A stretch of DNA of 59,783 nt, filler included, from Basidiobolus ranarum (lineage: Eukaryota), in NCBI GenBank assembly GCA_040143965.1. It is 7 parts of 7 records of this genome, joined end to end, with 100 filler letters (N's around TTAATTAATTAA, not from the genome) between each part and the next. Parts side by side here need not be neighbours in the genome. Positions count along the whole stretch, not along the records: positions 8,579 to 17,043 come from JASJQH010007840.1; positions 17,144 to 25,604 come from JASJQH010007841.1; 5 more parts are not named here. One strand, given 5' to 3'. Made by a program: the position numbers and the translations under genes. The notes below the pieces were generated by a model. That model was not told the DNA's origin. It worked only from the letters and a program-made list of their open reading frames with translations, and searched no databases. Of the stretch, positions 11,536 to 25,128 are shown piece after piece (position 1 is the first letter of the stretch; every line of letters begins with the position of its first letter).

Positions 11536-12370
11536 TCATAAATAGCCTCCAGGTTTGATGGCGTCTAAAGACGATATTTGGGATAATGATGTATCTGAGG
11601 ACCCGAGGGCCTGCATCGCCAACATACTCTCATATGTTGAATAATCCAAGATTGACAGTTTGTTTGTTATAGATGTGTAGTATTCTACCATTTTACTCAA
11701 CACGGCAACTTCTTGTCTAAGTACCTCGCAATTGGAACAGGGGTGTGTTGGTATTTCTGTGTAAGATGGTTCGTATTCGTCTTGAGATGTTGATTGCGTA
11801 CTGATAAGTGGATATGAGGATACCACTGAGGGGAACAAGAATGGAGGCGAAGGTTTCGTAACTATGGCTATCTCTGGCATTGAAAGGTCTACTATTTCTC
11901 TGTAACAGGGGTATTTCATACGTTGAATGAGATGGTAGAGATTTGGTTGATCCTGTTTGAAATATTGATGTGAATAGATTATCACCAACGAATCACTATT
12001 TTTAGTTCTTCGATCAGATTCTCGATAGAAGCCATAAATCTATTCAACGGATTAATAGCAACACATTGGAAATAACTCATCAGCTAAAACGTACGTTTAA
12101 TTGGCGTGTGAATGAAGCAAGTTTACAAGTTTCATAGTAATAGGGAAGTACTTTAGAGGCAAAGTTGACTGGGTCTTTAATGATAAACCTATTTCCTGAC
12201 CACTCCCAGGCTATTATATTAGTGTGCTTTGACTCAGAAAGTATACTAGAATAAACAAGATCTAAATTTAGTTCAATTTTTGGAAAGGAAGTTTTTCAAT
12301 ATAGTTACTTGGCAAGACTTTGTACGAAAGGAGTCGTACGAGCACAAAAGCGATTAAGTTTTCTCTCCAT
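11536..12370 (-). CDS. HSF-type DNA-binding domain protein, paralog 1 (3 exons)
   Basis: Exons 12370-12309, 12245-12095, 12039-11536 with GT-AG introns splice to PFVQSL..IL...IIAW..SG..FII....FASKVLP.YY....ASFTRQLNIYGFYR...YSHQYFKQDQP.L..LIQR. Confidence 0.88.
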
Positions 12371-13183
12371 TGTTGAGCTGTAGATATGAATGCGACAATA
12401 CCTGTCTATATACTGAAATGTGTAGGTCGGCCCAGAGCGCCCTAAGATTGAACTGTTCTTTCTGACTAGTTAATTAGGCTGTATATGCATATATCTGAAA
12501 CGTTTTCTTGTTTTTCATACGCTTAGACACTCCATGACAGAAGTGTTTGCCTAACCTATTTTGGCCTGATGATCACACCTTTATATTGCAAACCATACTT
12601 GTGTTAGATGATCTGATATTTGTTGGTGCAGTTTCTGATTTCAGACCTACCAGTTTCCCCTGTAGTATAATTGACTACACACTTACCAATTATGTCATTA
12701 CTATCTATGTTCTAAGTGATTAGGCATGGGTAAATCGAATGGAGCGGCACGGACATACAAATCATCTATCCACCAAAGCGTACTATTCACTCCTCAATGG
12801 ATCTGTGTTTATTCGGACTGAGTTCATTATAATAATATAGGAAACTTAGATGATGTAGCAAAGAGGTGGTTATTCATTATCTTAGTACATTTAAGTATCT
12901 GTTTAGTTTAATTCAATACCTAACTAATCATGTTCCATTCATTCTCACTAGATGAGCAGCTCATGTTCAATCCATAGGTTGTTCAGCGTGCATATCCCTA
13001 TATCTGAAACTCATCCATATTCTTTTATAACCTCAATAATACTGATGGCAGTCATCAGAGCTCTATTCGATATGAAATGTTTCTGTGTTGTAATCTTTTT
13101 CTGATTTAGCACACTTCAACTATCAGTATAAATTATGCATACTGTCAAATAGAAATTCTTTATTTTTTGCCAAGTATCACCAC

Positions 13184-13323
13184 ATCTCCTGTGCATTAGA
13201 TATTTTGGATGCTAGTCAAATTCAATGACAGCTGCTTCAAAAAGAATTAACGAACTAATAGCATTAGCAAGTTAATGCCAGTCCAGGGAGTATTCTCTAT
13301 TACTGGACAGAGGACTAACGCCT
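13184..13323 (+). repeat. Diverged non-coding repeat, copy 2 (partner 8669-8813)
   Basis: See copy 1. Confidence 0.7.
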
Positions 13324-14661
13324 CACATTATTCCATTATCCTAGAAATTTAAGTACTCCTTTATTTTGTGACACATATCTTTGCTCTAGGAATATACTGG
13401 CTAATCTGTCATTAGCCTGAGGTGCAATTCAATTAACCTGTAGGTTGGCCAGTGCTATACTGAATATTCAAAACCACATTGCTAACCTTCCACCTTCCAC
13501 CTGTCACTATTAACTGTGTACGGATTTTGAAAGTTAGCAAGGAATGAGCGCATAACCGATGGAGGAAATAAGTGAGTATTCTTATATCACGTATGACTAC
13601 TTCAGTAATTGAAGAATAGAGTGATGGGTGGAGTATTCCTATCTGCTTCTATGTCTTCCCAGTGAATCATTGTGTATCAATTTAGTTTTGAAATAAATAC
13701 TTCATACGATGTACACATTGAAGGCTGAGACGGTGTAACTATATTCAAACTAGTAATGACAATGCTACCTGCTCACTACTGGACATTCCAATACAACGAC
13801 TAAAAACGATCATTGCTTGTTTAGTTCAATATTATTGACATACTTGGGTGCAACGATGGCGCATCTTACCAAAAGCATGGAATATTTCAATACTAACGTG
13901 TAGCTAATATTGGATAGGAGAATAGAGATTTTTACTAATACCAAGAAGAATACTATTTACTTTATTGAATTAACTCGTCAGATGCTATTTTATGTGATTC
14001 ACATTTAACTTAATAACATACATGGAGGCTTTACTATCCAGTAGAATGATAACAAAACCGACTTATTTACCGGCAGAGACATACTATCAGTTATTAGTAA
14101 GCAAAAGAGTAATGAGGAACCAAGGCCGGAGACAACATCTCCCATTATTAAATATCTTACTAATTGGCGAAAACAAGGGGACAATAGAGGGCGCCTTCGG
14201 TGTATTATACTAGTCACTATGAATAGTTTATCCAGTTTAGACATGTTTTTTGATTTTCTTGACTTAAGCTCTAACAACCAATGACTACATATCGACTCTT
14301 GGGCGTATTTTGGTCTTATGGTGAGTTACAGGCTGAGAACCAAAAGAAGATTTGGATAATGCTGGTACGAAAGGAAGTGTACTTCAAACTTTCCTATTAT
14401 GGTCCAACAAGGCAATAGTATAGTAACTTATATATAGTAAGCTTAAATATAATACATTAAGATAGGAGATCGCATTACATTATATTATGTATATGACCAT
14501 TCAATTGAATAAATTTAATAGGAACGCATTGAGCAATGGATGTTTGGTTGTTCAAAGCGTTCATTATTCAGTGATAGCTCTCAACCAACCGAACACGTTA
14601 CCCCTAGATTATGGACGCACTGCGCAGGTTTGATGACATCATATAGCTACAGCCATGCTTG

Positions 14662-15578
14662 TTATTTATTTGAAAGTATATCTGCCACCAATGAAGGGTG
14701 TGCATGATTACAAGAAAAAAGATCCGAATAAATATTAGCACATGAATTAAATGACAATCCTTCCGTAGAAAAGGCATAGGATGGAAGGTTGAGTAATGGA
14801 TGCAAAATCTCTTGGTAGTTAAGGTGTACAATTTCAGGTCCATCTAATATACTTATATAATACTGAATCACATTAATCAAGGTTATATTCTCTTGCTCAA
14901 GTGATTTACAGCTTAAGCAGTGCTTAATTGGTTCTATCGAATCTCTTTGTTGATTTTCGCCATTGACAGATAAATATGCGGAAGATAGTAACGAAGGTGG
15001 AGCTGTAGGTATAGGATGTGACACTAGCTTGGTGACAATGGATGCCTCTGGGATTGAGTATTTGAATCTTGCTTTAGTGCATCGACCCAACGTGCGTTGA
15101 ATGAGATGAAGGGAATCTGGTTGGTCTCGCCGGAAATGTTGATGTGAATATAGAATCATGGATTTATCTTTGCTCCATTTAGTCTTTCTCCTATTAGAAA
15201 TTCGGTAGAAGCCATAAACCTATTCAGGATTTAGTAAGTCATTTTGTTGGCAACGGCTCAAGCAACTACAAGTTACATTTAATTGACGAGAGAACGAGGC
15301 AAATTTATTAGTCGCGTAGTAATGAGGCAGTACTTTGGATGCAAAATTAATCGAATCTTTGACGATAAAGCTGGTGCCTGACAATTCCCATTCTATCACA
15401 GTAGAGTACTTTGACTCGGAGAGGATTCTAGAGAACAAGAGAAGTTAGCAAAATAGTACATATCAAGTTAAAGAATCCCGAGAAATGAAGGAAAGGAAGA
15501 GCCATAAATCTACTTGTAGAGATTCCACACAAAAGGAGGTATGCGTATATGTAGCTTACTAACATGTTCCTTAAACAT
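14662..15578 (-). CDS. HSF-type DNA-binding domain protein, paralog 2 (3 exons)
   Basis: Exons 15578-15514, 15427-15277, 15219-14662 give IPPFVWNLYK-ILSE...FASFSRQLN-VYGFYR. Intron positions match paralog 1. Confidence 0.88.
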
Positions 15579-16830
15579 CGCTATATGTGGCGGCAAGTTG
15601 AGATATTTACTTTTATATGCTTGTAATCCAGTTCATTAAACCGGTCAGAAATGTGTTAACACTCTTTACCATATATAGTCTTACTCCACTATGGTTTCAT
15701 TCCAATTATTTTCATTTATATATAGCCATGATGAGGGACCATTTGATGACTCTAGCTTATCATTCAACATTTGCTCAAGAGGATGTGAAGCACTACTGTG
15801 TTACTCATATATGGTGGATTATAAAATGAACACCGGTTACAGATATATGAATACCAAGTACATGAAACAGAGAAGCCTCCCTCTGAGTACTTTTTATAAG
15901 CATGAAAATATAGCCCTTATAGGAACTCTTTTGGTTCATATGGTAGTAGATATGATGATTTTAGCCATGTTTGATAGTGTAATCTACAGCAAGTTGTAGA
16001 AACCGATCTGTCCATGTATAGACAAGATGAAAGAAATACTCTCTATAGATGAGGATGTTTTGTTAATTCTAGAATATCTATTCAATACTGCAAGAGCTTG
16101 GTTAGTCAATAATAGTGTGAATAGGTGTACATTGAGGTATCGATTTTGTACGGTCTTTCATTGGTCAGAATCGAAAGCCACGCATCTATCGGATACATTA
16201 TGCTAATACCATAACTATTACAACTGTGACTAGCAGAGAATAAGACCAAGTTAATCAGTCTTGTATGGCTGCGGAAGCACTTTTGATACAAAATTGGTTG
16301 TATTGTGACTGATAAACTGGTTTCTTGGCATCCAAAAGTATTATTTACTTCACTTGGTTGTTTGCGATTCACCAAATTTCCCCACAGCTCAATATATTAA
16401 ATCTCAGGCCGTACCTTTGCTTGGCTTACCAAATACTTTGAGTGGTATAGCCCTAATGCCGATCCACATCAAATAACAGTGTGAATATTAGAATGAGTAA
16501 GCAGAAGATCAATAATTCCACCAGTGAAGCAAAATTTATTCCAACTTTGAACCATCCCACTCATGTATGAGCGGTCATTGAAGTCGATGTATCTCTCCCT
16601 GGTTCTAATGAAATTCGGCATTATGCCGAACGGTTCGGTCACGATTGGTCACCAGCCAAAATGATCTTCAACTATATCCTAATCATTACATGATTGATGC
16701 AGTCACAACCGAACGATCCAGAACTAAAGCACATGTCGCAATGTAATGGTACCATAGAATATGATTATTTCCACCCTTTCCGTCAGTCTATATAAGGACC
16801 AGGCATATGTGATATGTAGCATTAAACAAT

Positions 16831-17043
16831 ATGTTGGAGAGATATACAGGCAAACTTAATATTCGCATACCCCCATTTGTGCTAAACCTTTACAAGTAGC
16901 TCTCTTGCCATGTTTCTTCTTTTCTATGCTGTTTGCTGGCTCATTTGCTTCTTTGTATAGGATACTTTCAGAGCAAAGCTATTATGATATGATAGCTTGG
17001 GAGCAGTCAGGGACCAAATTTGTCATTAAAGATCACATCAATT
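16831..17043 (+). CDS. HSF-type protein, paralog 3, 3'-truncated by contig end
   Basis: Exon 16831-16895 (MLERYTGKLNIRIPPFVLNLYK), intron 16896-16960, then ILSEQSYYDMIAWEQSGTKFVIKD. TATATAAG at about 16789. Confidence 0.85.
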
Positions 17044-17143
17044 NNNNNNNNNNNNNNNNNNNNNNNNNNNNNNNNNNNNNNNNNNNNTTAATTAATTAAN
17101 NNNNNNNNNNNNNNNNNNNNNNNNNNNNNNNNNNNNNNNNNNN
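17044..17143. other. Artificial contig linker
   Basis: N-TTAATTAATTAA-N, 100 nt. Confidence 0.98.
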
Positions 17144-18131
17144 GCTGTATGAGGCGGTGTGGTTGGTGGCACTGAAGGTCCAGAAGGAGTGTGTAGAACA
17201 GGTGGTGGGCCTGGTGTTGGGTGAGATGGCGGCGGCTGTGGTGGTGCTGAAGGCGCTGAACGACTGGGAAGCACAGGTGGTGAACGTGTAGATAGCCCAG
17301 GTGATAATTTCTGAGTTGAATGTGGTGGGGGTGGAGGTGGCGCCGAACGAGAAGGAAGAGTAGGTGCTCCCTGATTTTTAGCGAATGGTAAAGGTGGAGC
17401 AGGAGCAAGACGTGTTGGCAGAGCAGAGCTTTTTGTTGGGGGTGAAGGCACCCGGGCTGAGGGTAAAACGTTTGAAGGAGTATGACCTCTTGGTGGTGGT
17501 GGTGGTAAAGGTGGCTCGGGTACCTTGCTAGCACCTGGATGTGAAATATGAGCATTTTGGTTAGATGGTACAGGAGGGACAGCGGTTAATGGACGAGAAG
17601 GACGTGAGTTCCCAAAAGGAGGTTGAGGTGGATTAGGCACACTATTGGTAGGTACAGATCTTGTTGGTAAGGGGGATTGAGGTACTGAACGTCCTGGAGC
17701 TGTGGGGACTTTCGGTGGTGCAAAACCTTTGCTTGGTGCGGGGCCTATTAAAGATAAAAACAACGTTTAGAGACCACAAAGAGGAATAAAGTGAAGAATA
17801 TACTTACTTTCGTCAGTGCGACCAGTATCAATCCCTCCACGGCTTTTAAGTTTTGGCATCCCTTGAGCAAAAAGACCTCCCAAGCCAGCAGGAGGCCCGG
17901 AAGGAACATCCCTCGAGCCCTGGCTACTTTGTACTGGAGTAATACCTACAACAGGAGCCTTAGCGGCTAGGAAATTAAATCCATCAGTACTACTATTTTG
18001 CATACGTATTCAACTCTGGTTATATGTAGCTTACCTCCTCCTCCTCCAACTATAGGGGCAGATCTATCGTTCGTAACAGTCTTCTTGAGTCCTTTTCCCC
18101 TATGAATCTCATTCAATAAAGAAGAATTCAT
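17144..18131 (-). CDS. VRP1: Verprolin/WIP (WH2 actin-binding, proline-rich), 3'-truncated
   Basis: Exons 18131-18035, 17966-17808, 17744-17144. WH2 LLNEIHRGKGLKKTVTNDRSAP, second motif GLGGLFAQGMPKLK, then a poly-Pro region. Confidence 0.88.
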
Positions 18132-19974
18132 TGTTGAAGTGGGGCAAATGAATCAAACGGAAATCAAGGTAAAGTTATATCCAGGTATAGAAGACTATAC
18201 GTATAATACAGACAAGTAAAAGTAGATTTCAACAACCAGTCCAAGATACAGCTGAGGTAAAATAATCGGAATGATGTCAGAAAGAGGCCTTTTGAAAGAA
18301 TTCCAATCGATCCAAAGTTTCTTGGCACACCCGGGTGAATTTTTCCTCGGTGACTTCTTAAATTGCATCGCATCATATGTTATGATCAAATGGTTAATAA
18401 GCAAAAAATTCCATGAAGGCAATACAAGAACGACGATATGATGACGTGACGTGATTCACATGAATTCGCCGTTGCATCAAGTACGATTTGGACTTCAAAC
18501 TCAGCTGAAAAGATTGCATGTAGGTTTCCAATTAAATCATACCACGCCATGTTGAGAGGGCCGAACATATCACCCGTTGCGCCGTTACCCCGAGCCAATA
18601 AAACAATCATTATATGAAGATAGGGTTAGGTGGTTTTTATCATCAAGACACTGTTTGATATCTCGCTAGATTCACGTGATCTATAGAGGTTTCTGTCTGT
18701 GGCCAAGAAAATATAGAGCTTCAAGGCAAGTTCGATAGCTGTGGTCATTATGTATATGTACATGGTTATTGAGCATTGAGGTGTCAGGCAATATTATTTA
18801 AAAAGCGAGCGTGTAGATATAATTGTGAAGCGATTTGATGGTGTTTATTGGAAAGGAAAAAGGTGCGACCTAATCCTAATGAATGAGAAGCAAAGAGTAT
18901 GCCTAAGTTATTTCGTTGAACAATATTGTGATGTCTAAGCAAGAGGACTGATCATGCGAATAAGGGAGGGCTTAGGTGTGCTTCTGGTAAAACCTACAAG
19001 TACAAAATATAGCATTAGTTCTGCTATTATCAATGCAGGAGATTCTATACTTTAACTTTACTTACCAAGATAAATGATAAAGGGGATGAAGCCAATGTGC
19101 ACAATACGCTTAGTGATGTCGGTAGCGCGAAGGATCAATTCTTTAGTTTCGTCTCTCATGATACAAGTGGTTTGGTTACTGGAGTATAGGCTTCCAAGTA
19201 TACTGGATAAACTTTATCTCTCAAAGCTACAAATTTTTTTGTATAGGATCGTACAGCCGGGGGATTTATGCGGGGGGTAATATGAGTGACTCAAGTTATA
19301 CAACAACTTAGTTACATTCATTAAAACTATCCAACAACCAAGATCAATTATGGGAAAGGAATTATTATGGCAAAGTGTATTATAGGAAAGAATAAATTAT
19401 GGGAAAGAAGCAACTATGGCTCTGATCACATACACGAGGTATGATCAGCTCATAATATGTGGCTTCATACATATCGGAGAATAATGGAAGTTTTATACTC
19501 CATTTACAGCAATCAGCAATATATGCAACATGTAAATACGCAGAAATTGGTCGAGTTGATGGGAAGATACTCCCACCTGGTTTGAGAGATCGCGAATAAT
19601 CCTTTGGGACGTAGCATGATCAAGAAGTGCTTAAGATTGCATTGGAATGGTTTTGAAGTGATATATAAAATGTGTTTATCTTTGGAAAAAATTCCGTTCA
19701 AATTAGTTAGATTCTTCTCCTTTTCTGGCTGCACTTGCTTTCTATTTTGTGATTCTTTTCCTATCCTTACTTTGTCCTTCCCCCTAATTCAATTGTCGCT
19801 GTAGTTTAAAAGCTTGCTTCTCCTGAGTTGTCTCCTTTTCGTAACGAAGACCAGCGTTTTTCACAGTCACGAAATCGTACCACCTTTGACAAATCGGTCA
19901 CGTTAACTTGAGAACTTCTTAACGTGGTCCACAATCTACTAGTTCTATCACAAAGATCTATATGAGTTGTTAAA

Positions 19975-20628
19975 ATGAAGAGCAACAACAAAAGAGCCTT
20001 TTTTTCTCAACTTGTGATTATTTTAATATCTTGGTGCTGTGTAAATGGCGACCTAGCCATCACCACACCCGTCGAGGGTACGCGCTGGAGGACCGGCGAA
20101 CCTGCCAGTGTGCACTGGTATGAAGTGCCCAACACCAAACGTAGTAAAGGACCTATCAATATTGGTTTGACATCAGGACCGACGCATAATTTAGTGCTTG
20201 TGGCACCAATAGCGGTAGAGATTGATCCTGCTCTTGGAGTTTACACGTGGACAGTGCCGCATGATATATTGCCAGGTTCACGTTATTCCGTTCGGATAGG
20301 GGTCGCTCCAGGTTGGTCCTATAGTCATTATTTCACTATCGAAAAAGGATCACCAGCTCCAAGCACGCCCTATCAGAACTATCCAGATGCTCCGCCCATA
20401 CCACCACAGATTCCGGTCCAAACCTATCCCGAGCCAGCGCCGTACTCACCACCTATCTATGAAGCCCCTGCACCACCACCACCACCTCCACCGACTGAAC
20501 AATCGCGCGAAGAGTTTGCGGACCAAGAGGACCAACCGGAGCATTTCGTAGATCCAGGAGATCCACCAATAACACTAGATATGGAGGAAGCGTATGGAGA
20601 AGACTATGATGCTATGCTTGGAGGATAG
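19975..20628 (+). CDS. Secreted Kre9/Knh1-like N-terminal domain protein with Pro/Tyr-rich and acidic tail
   Basis: Signal peptide; IT.P..G..W..G....V.W ... G.YTWTVP..I.PG..YS.RI.......YSHYFTI pattern. Confidence 0.78.
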   Translation: MKSNNKRAFFSQLVIILISWCCVNGDLAITTPVEGTRWRTGEPASVHWYEVPNTKRSKGPINIGLTSGPTHNLVLVAPIAVEIDPALGVYTWTVPHDILPGSRYSVRIGVAPGWSYSHYFTIEKGSPAPSTPYQNYPDAPPIPPQIPVQTYPEPAPYSPPIYEAPAPPPPPPPTEQSREEFADQEDQPEHFVDPGDPPITLDMEEAYGEDYDAMLGG

Positions 20629-21120
20629 TGTAGTCACACCATAGCCATCAGCGTTAATCGATGAAATATAGATCAGTTCGGTTCAAGTTGTATATTTTTT
20701 CTTCTCCTAGTGCCCTGGACTACATATACCAACAAATATCCCCATCCCAATCCCTTGACAGTTGAGCTATCTATTTGATTCTTTATAGAGAAGATCTATC
20801 TGGTTCTTTATAGAGAATACATTAGATCTATCTGATAGATACATAAATATCGAACGAAATAAACGCCACAAAACATTGTTGAGTGACTGACATGAAGGGG
20901 TGGGTGGGGGCGTGGTTGAGGAGGGTTGGGTAGATAAATATGAAAATTACAAGCCTTGAGAATCAATGATTAATTAACATAAAATTGGTGAGGAGATTCT
21001 CCTATGTAGGCGGCTCTCTTTCGAATTCAAAAAAACCAAGAAAGTGACAAAAGTGAAATGATACATTAACAAAGAAAATCAATTGAAAGAGAAGAACCAA
21101 AAGCCGACATAAAATCTTAT

Positions 21121-23560
21121 TTATCTATTCCATAAATGGGATGGTCGATGGGTCTTGTTTTTGGCAAAGTAGAGTCCACAAGCATTGCATAGCTTAGTGT
21201 CTGGTGTCTCGCCAGCTCTCCAGCCAGGTGTATCTGAAGTACCACAGTTGGCACATTTAAGTTGTGGCTTATCTGGGTCGTGTCTCTTACTCGGTTTATT
21301 CGTTTTGGTTGGTGTAGGATTGGCACTTAATGGCTTTGGAATTCTGGGCGCAACCTTGATATTGGTCGGTGTGGTCGGGAGGCCTTGAACGGTACGTGTC
21401 ATGGTGATCGGAGAGACAACTGAGGCTCCAGGTCGCAATATAGGCCTTTGAGTTGTTATTTCGGTGGTCGGGGCACAACGTGCTAGTTGGAACAGTCTTA
21501 AACGAACCTTCTCTTGAAGCAATTCTTTAGTCTGAGACGCAGAGGTAGTATTGTTCTCGGAGACCGATACTTGTGCTAGTCCATTAGAAGTGCTATTCAT
21601 TGTAGGTGGCGTTGAGGTGATTATGGATCCTGCTGAAGGTAAAGTAGGCGATAGGGGGTTATTCGAGCTGGGGATTGCATTGACATTCACAGAGGCCTCC
21701 AAGTTGGTACTACTTGCTGAGTTCTCTGAAGGAGCAGCAGTCTCCATATTTGAGGGTGTCGCGGGTGGAGAAGCAATTAGCTCTTTGATTTCCTCTTTAT
21801 TTTTATCCAAAAGGGATTGAAGGGCAGCCTGATCTAGTCTAGTTGAGAAAACTTCGGGTTGTTTCCAATCACTCTCTTTGAACAAAGCATCCAAGTCAAT
21901 GATTTGCTTTCTCCACTGCTCGAGTTCACCTATCTCCTGTCGTAGTTTGGGCAATCTCTCCAGCCTCTTGATTTCTTCAAGCACATCAACATTACCAAGC
22001 CCAGTCTCCAATGTACCTACTACCGTTGAATCGTGGGGAGAGTCATGTCTTTTCTCGATGATTTCCTGCACCTTGTTGACAATATTATGGGCACCCTTTG
22101 TCAGATTGTTCAAGGTATCTTGACAGTAATTCTCAAGATTACCACCAGTATCTTTCATGAATTCCTGAATACTTTGTGAATAAGCAAAGCCTCTCTCATC
22201 TCCGTACGTGTTGAATAAGAAGCTCGTTCTTTCGTTCGATACTGGTGGTGGAGCTGGACCGAGAGTGGCGAATGGCCCATAGTCCAGGAATGATGCTCGC
22301 TTGAATACGTTTTCGGTGAACGGATTACTGAAGCTCGTGATCACGGTGAGATTAGGTACCTCTGGGCAAAGGGAGATTGAGGGTATGAATGAATCAAGAT
22401 CAGCGCCTAGTCGAGTTACAAAACAACGGTTTAGTAGAGACAATTTGATGTATACAACTGATTCACCTCTTACCTGGATCCAAACTTCCGTCTCCTCTGA
22501 AAGAATATTTGAACTGTCCATCAAACAATCGCTTAGGGATCGCGCTTTTAGCACTGGGCTTTCTTCCTCTTTGAGCAGGTATCTTCATTGGGGTTTGGGA
22601 CCTTGAGCTTTCAGCATTGAATCCGAGTTCCTGTTGAGAACGAGGGATTTCAGTAGATACTTCAACATTTCTTAGGCCATGGCTATCGTTTATCAGCCCT
22701 TCTACATCTACATCATCGTCCAACTTGGGGCTGAGACGCTCTATCATCACGTTGGGTCGCTCTTTCTCAATGGCACGTAGACCGTATTGCCAAATCTTAT
22801 GAGCGTTTTTGTAGTACATTGTCTCTGGGCCATTGTAAGTTTTGGCATTATTACATACCAGTTCGAAATCCGACTTGAATTCGTCCAACGAGCGATAGAA
22901 CTTCTTCTCGATTTTCTTGCCTATTGTCCCAAAATCCATAGGATTTTTAATAACATCTCTGTAATCGGTTACAACGCTTGTATCCACCGGTTCCAAAAAG
23001 AATCCATATGCATCCTTCTTGATAAACGATTCCAACAACTTATGCAAAGTAGAGTTTAATTCTTTATGCTTCACTGCCTGGCTAAGTTTGTTAGACATAG
23101 AATTTCCAAACGGTTTACTACCTGTGGATTTCAACGATATTCTTGCGTGTATACCATTCTTATCTGGACTTTGTGAAGATTTTCTTTGCTTAAATGTAGC
23201 CTCTGAAGGCTCCTCCTTTACGTCAATGAGACTATTTTTTCGACCAAGATCCATACCACCATCTAGATGAATGTTCTCTTCTTCAGAATCGCTAGAATCA
23301 CTAGAATTAGTTGCATTTCCAGAGATATCCTCTAATAGATTCAGTTTTCTCTTTTTTCCTGAGCCATAAGAGGGAATTTCAGTGTAGATCTCCTTCTCTG
23401 AACGTTCGTCTTCTTCTTCATCTGACCAAAAACTACTCACGTCTGATAAGTCGGAATTTTTGGAACTTTGTTCAGAGTGTTCAGTTGGAATGTGCTTTGC
23501 TGCTGGTACTTTCAAAGATATTTTTAACCTTTTGGGTGTTGCTTCCTCTACACAAGTCAT
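21121..23560 (-). CDS. BRD7/BRD9-like bromodomain protein with C-terminal GATA zinc finger (2 exons, about 790 aa)
   Basis: Intron 22473-22407 (GTAAGA..CTAG) joins the two track ORFs in frame. Bromodomain KKDAYGFFLEPVD..V.DY..VIKNPMDF...NAKTYN; BRD7/9-type LDYGPF..LGP and TYGDERG..YS.SIQEF; CANC-X18-CNAC finger. Confidence 0.85.
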
Positions 23561-24403
23561 AATTGGGAACCAAAAAAGAAGTAGGACGATATCGCGAGAA
23601 GATAGTAATAGAAATAGATGGGAAAAGGAAAATAAACTCAGTTAGTTTTATGTTAAAGTAGATGTGGATGGACAATACGTCCAAAGAGTCAAAATTCTAT
23701 GGAATGGCGAAAAAATACAAAAGGTAAGAAGGAAGTTTCCCTCCTAAAAAGTTACCCAAAGTCGAAGAAATTGGAGTGAATAATTCGTGGAATATACGGA
23801 AAATACGCGTCGATAAAAGCGATATGAAAGAAGAGGTGGAGAAAATAACGTGAGCGCTCGCGCTAACACGAACGTCAGGATATGTATGAGGGTTGGTGGA
23901 AAGTAAACTTTTAACTGGAACTTTCTTATATTAAGAAAACTTACTCTTTGAGCCCATATTTTAATATTTGATTGATTTTTCTTGTACTCTATTCACACCT
24001 CTATTCTGTTTTCTGAAAGAGATTTTCGATTCTCGCCTTCTCTTCAAAAAAAACCTATTCAATAAATCTCCCCTTTATTGATGGATCACGTGCATTGAAC
24101 TTTCTTATTATGTTGCCTTTTTTTCTGCTCTTTCGTCTCAAACTTCATGGAATAATATCCATAATAAATCTCAACCCTAACCCTAGTCCAGCCTCATTGA
24201 CGCAACATTGTTTATTTATCCATCCTCTTGTAACGAGATATTGAGAATACGATAATTATTATGTAGATATTATATTGTATTGTAGTGTATTGTATTGTAT
24301 TGTAAACAACATCTTTTACAAATAAGGAATCTGAATAGAGATATAAATATGTAAGATAAAGTAGTGATGGGGGAACCGAGTACAAAAGGGAAAGAAGAGC
24401 TAT

Positions 24404-25128
<725 letters not shown>

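Noticed and set aside
17088-17555. His/Leu-rich 155-aa ORF and similar overlapping ORFs (e.g. 6908-7369, 21551-21820, 45057-45398, 48102-48434)
   Set aside because: Alternative-frame or antisense shadows of real genes.
24173-24186. AACCCTAACCCTAG as telomere or telomerase template
   Set aside because: Only two units, internal, and no supporting RNA structure seen. Better read as a telobox.
24274-24304. (TATTG)n run
   Set aside because: Ordinary microsatellite in the ARF1 3' region.
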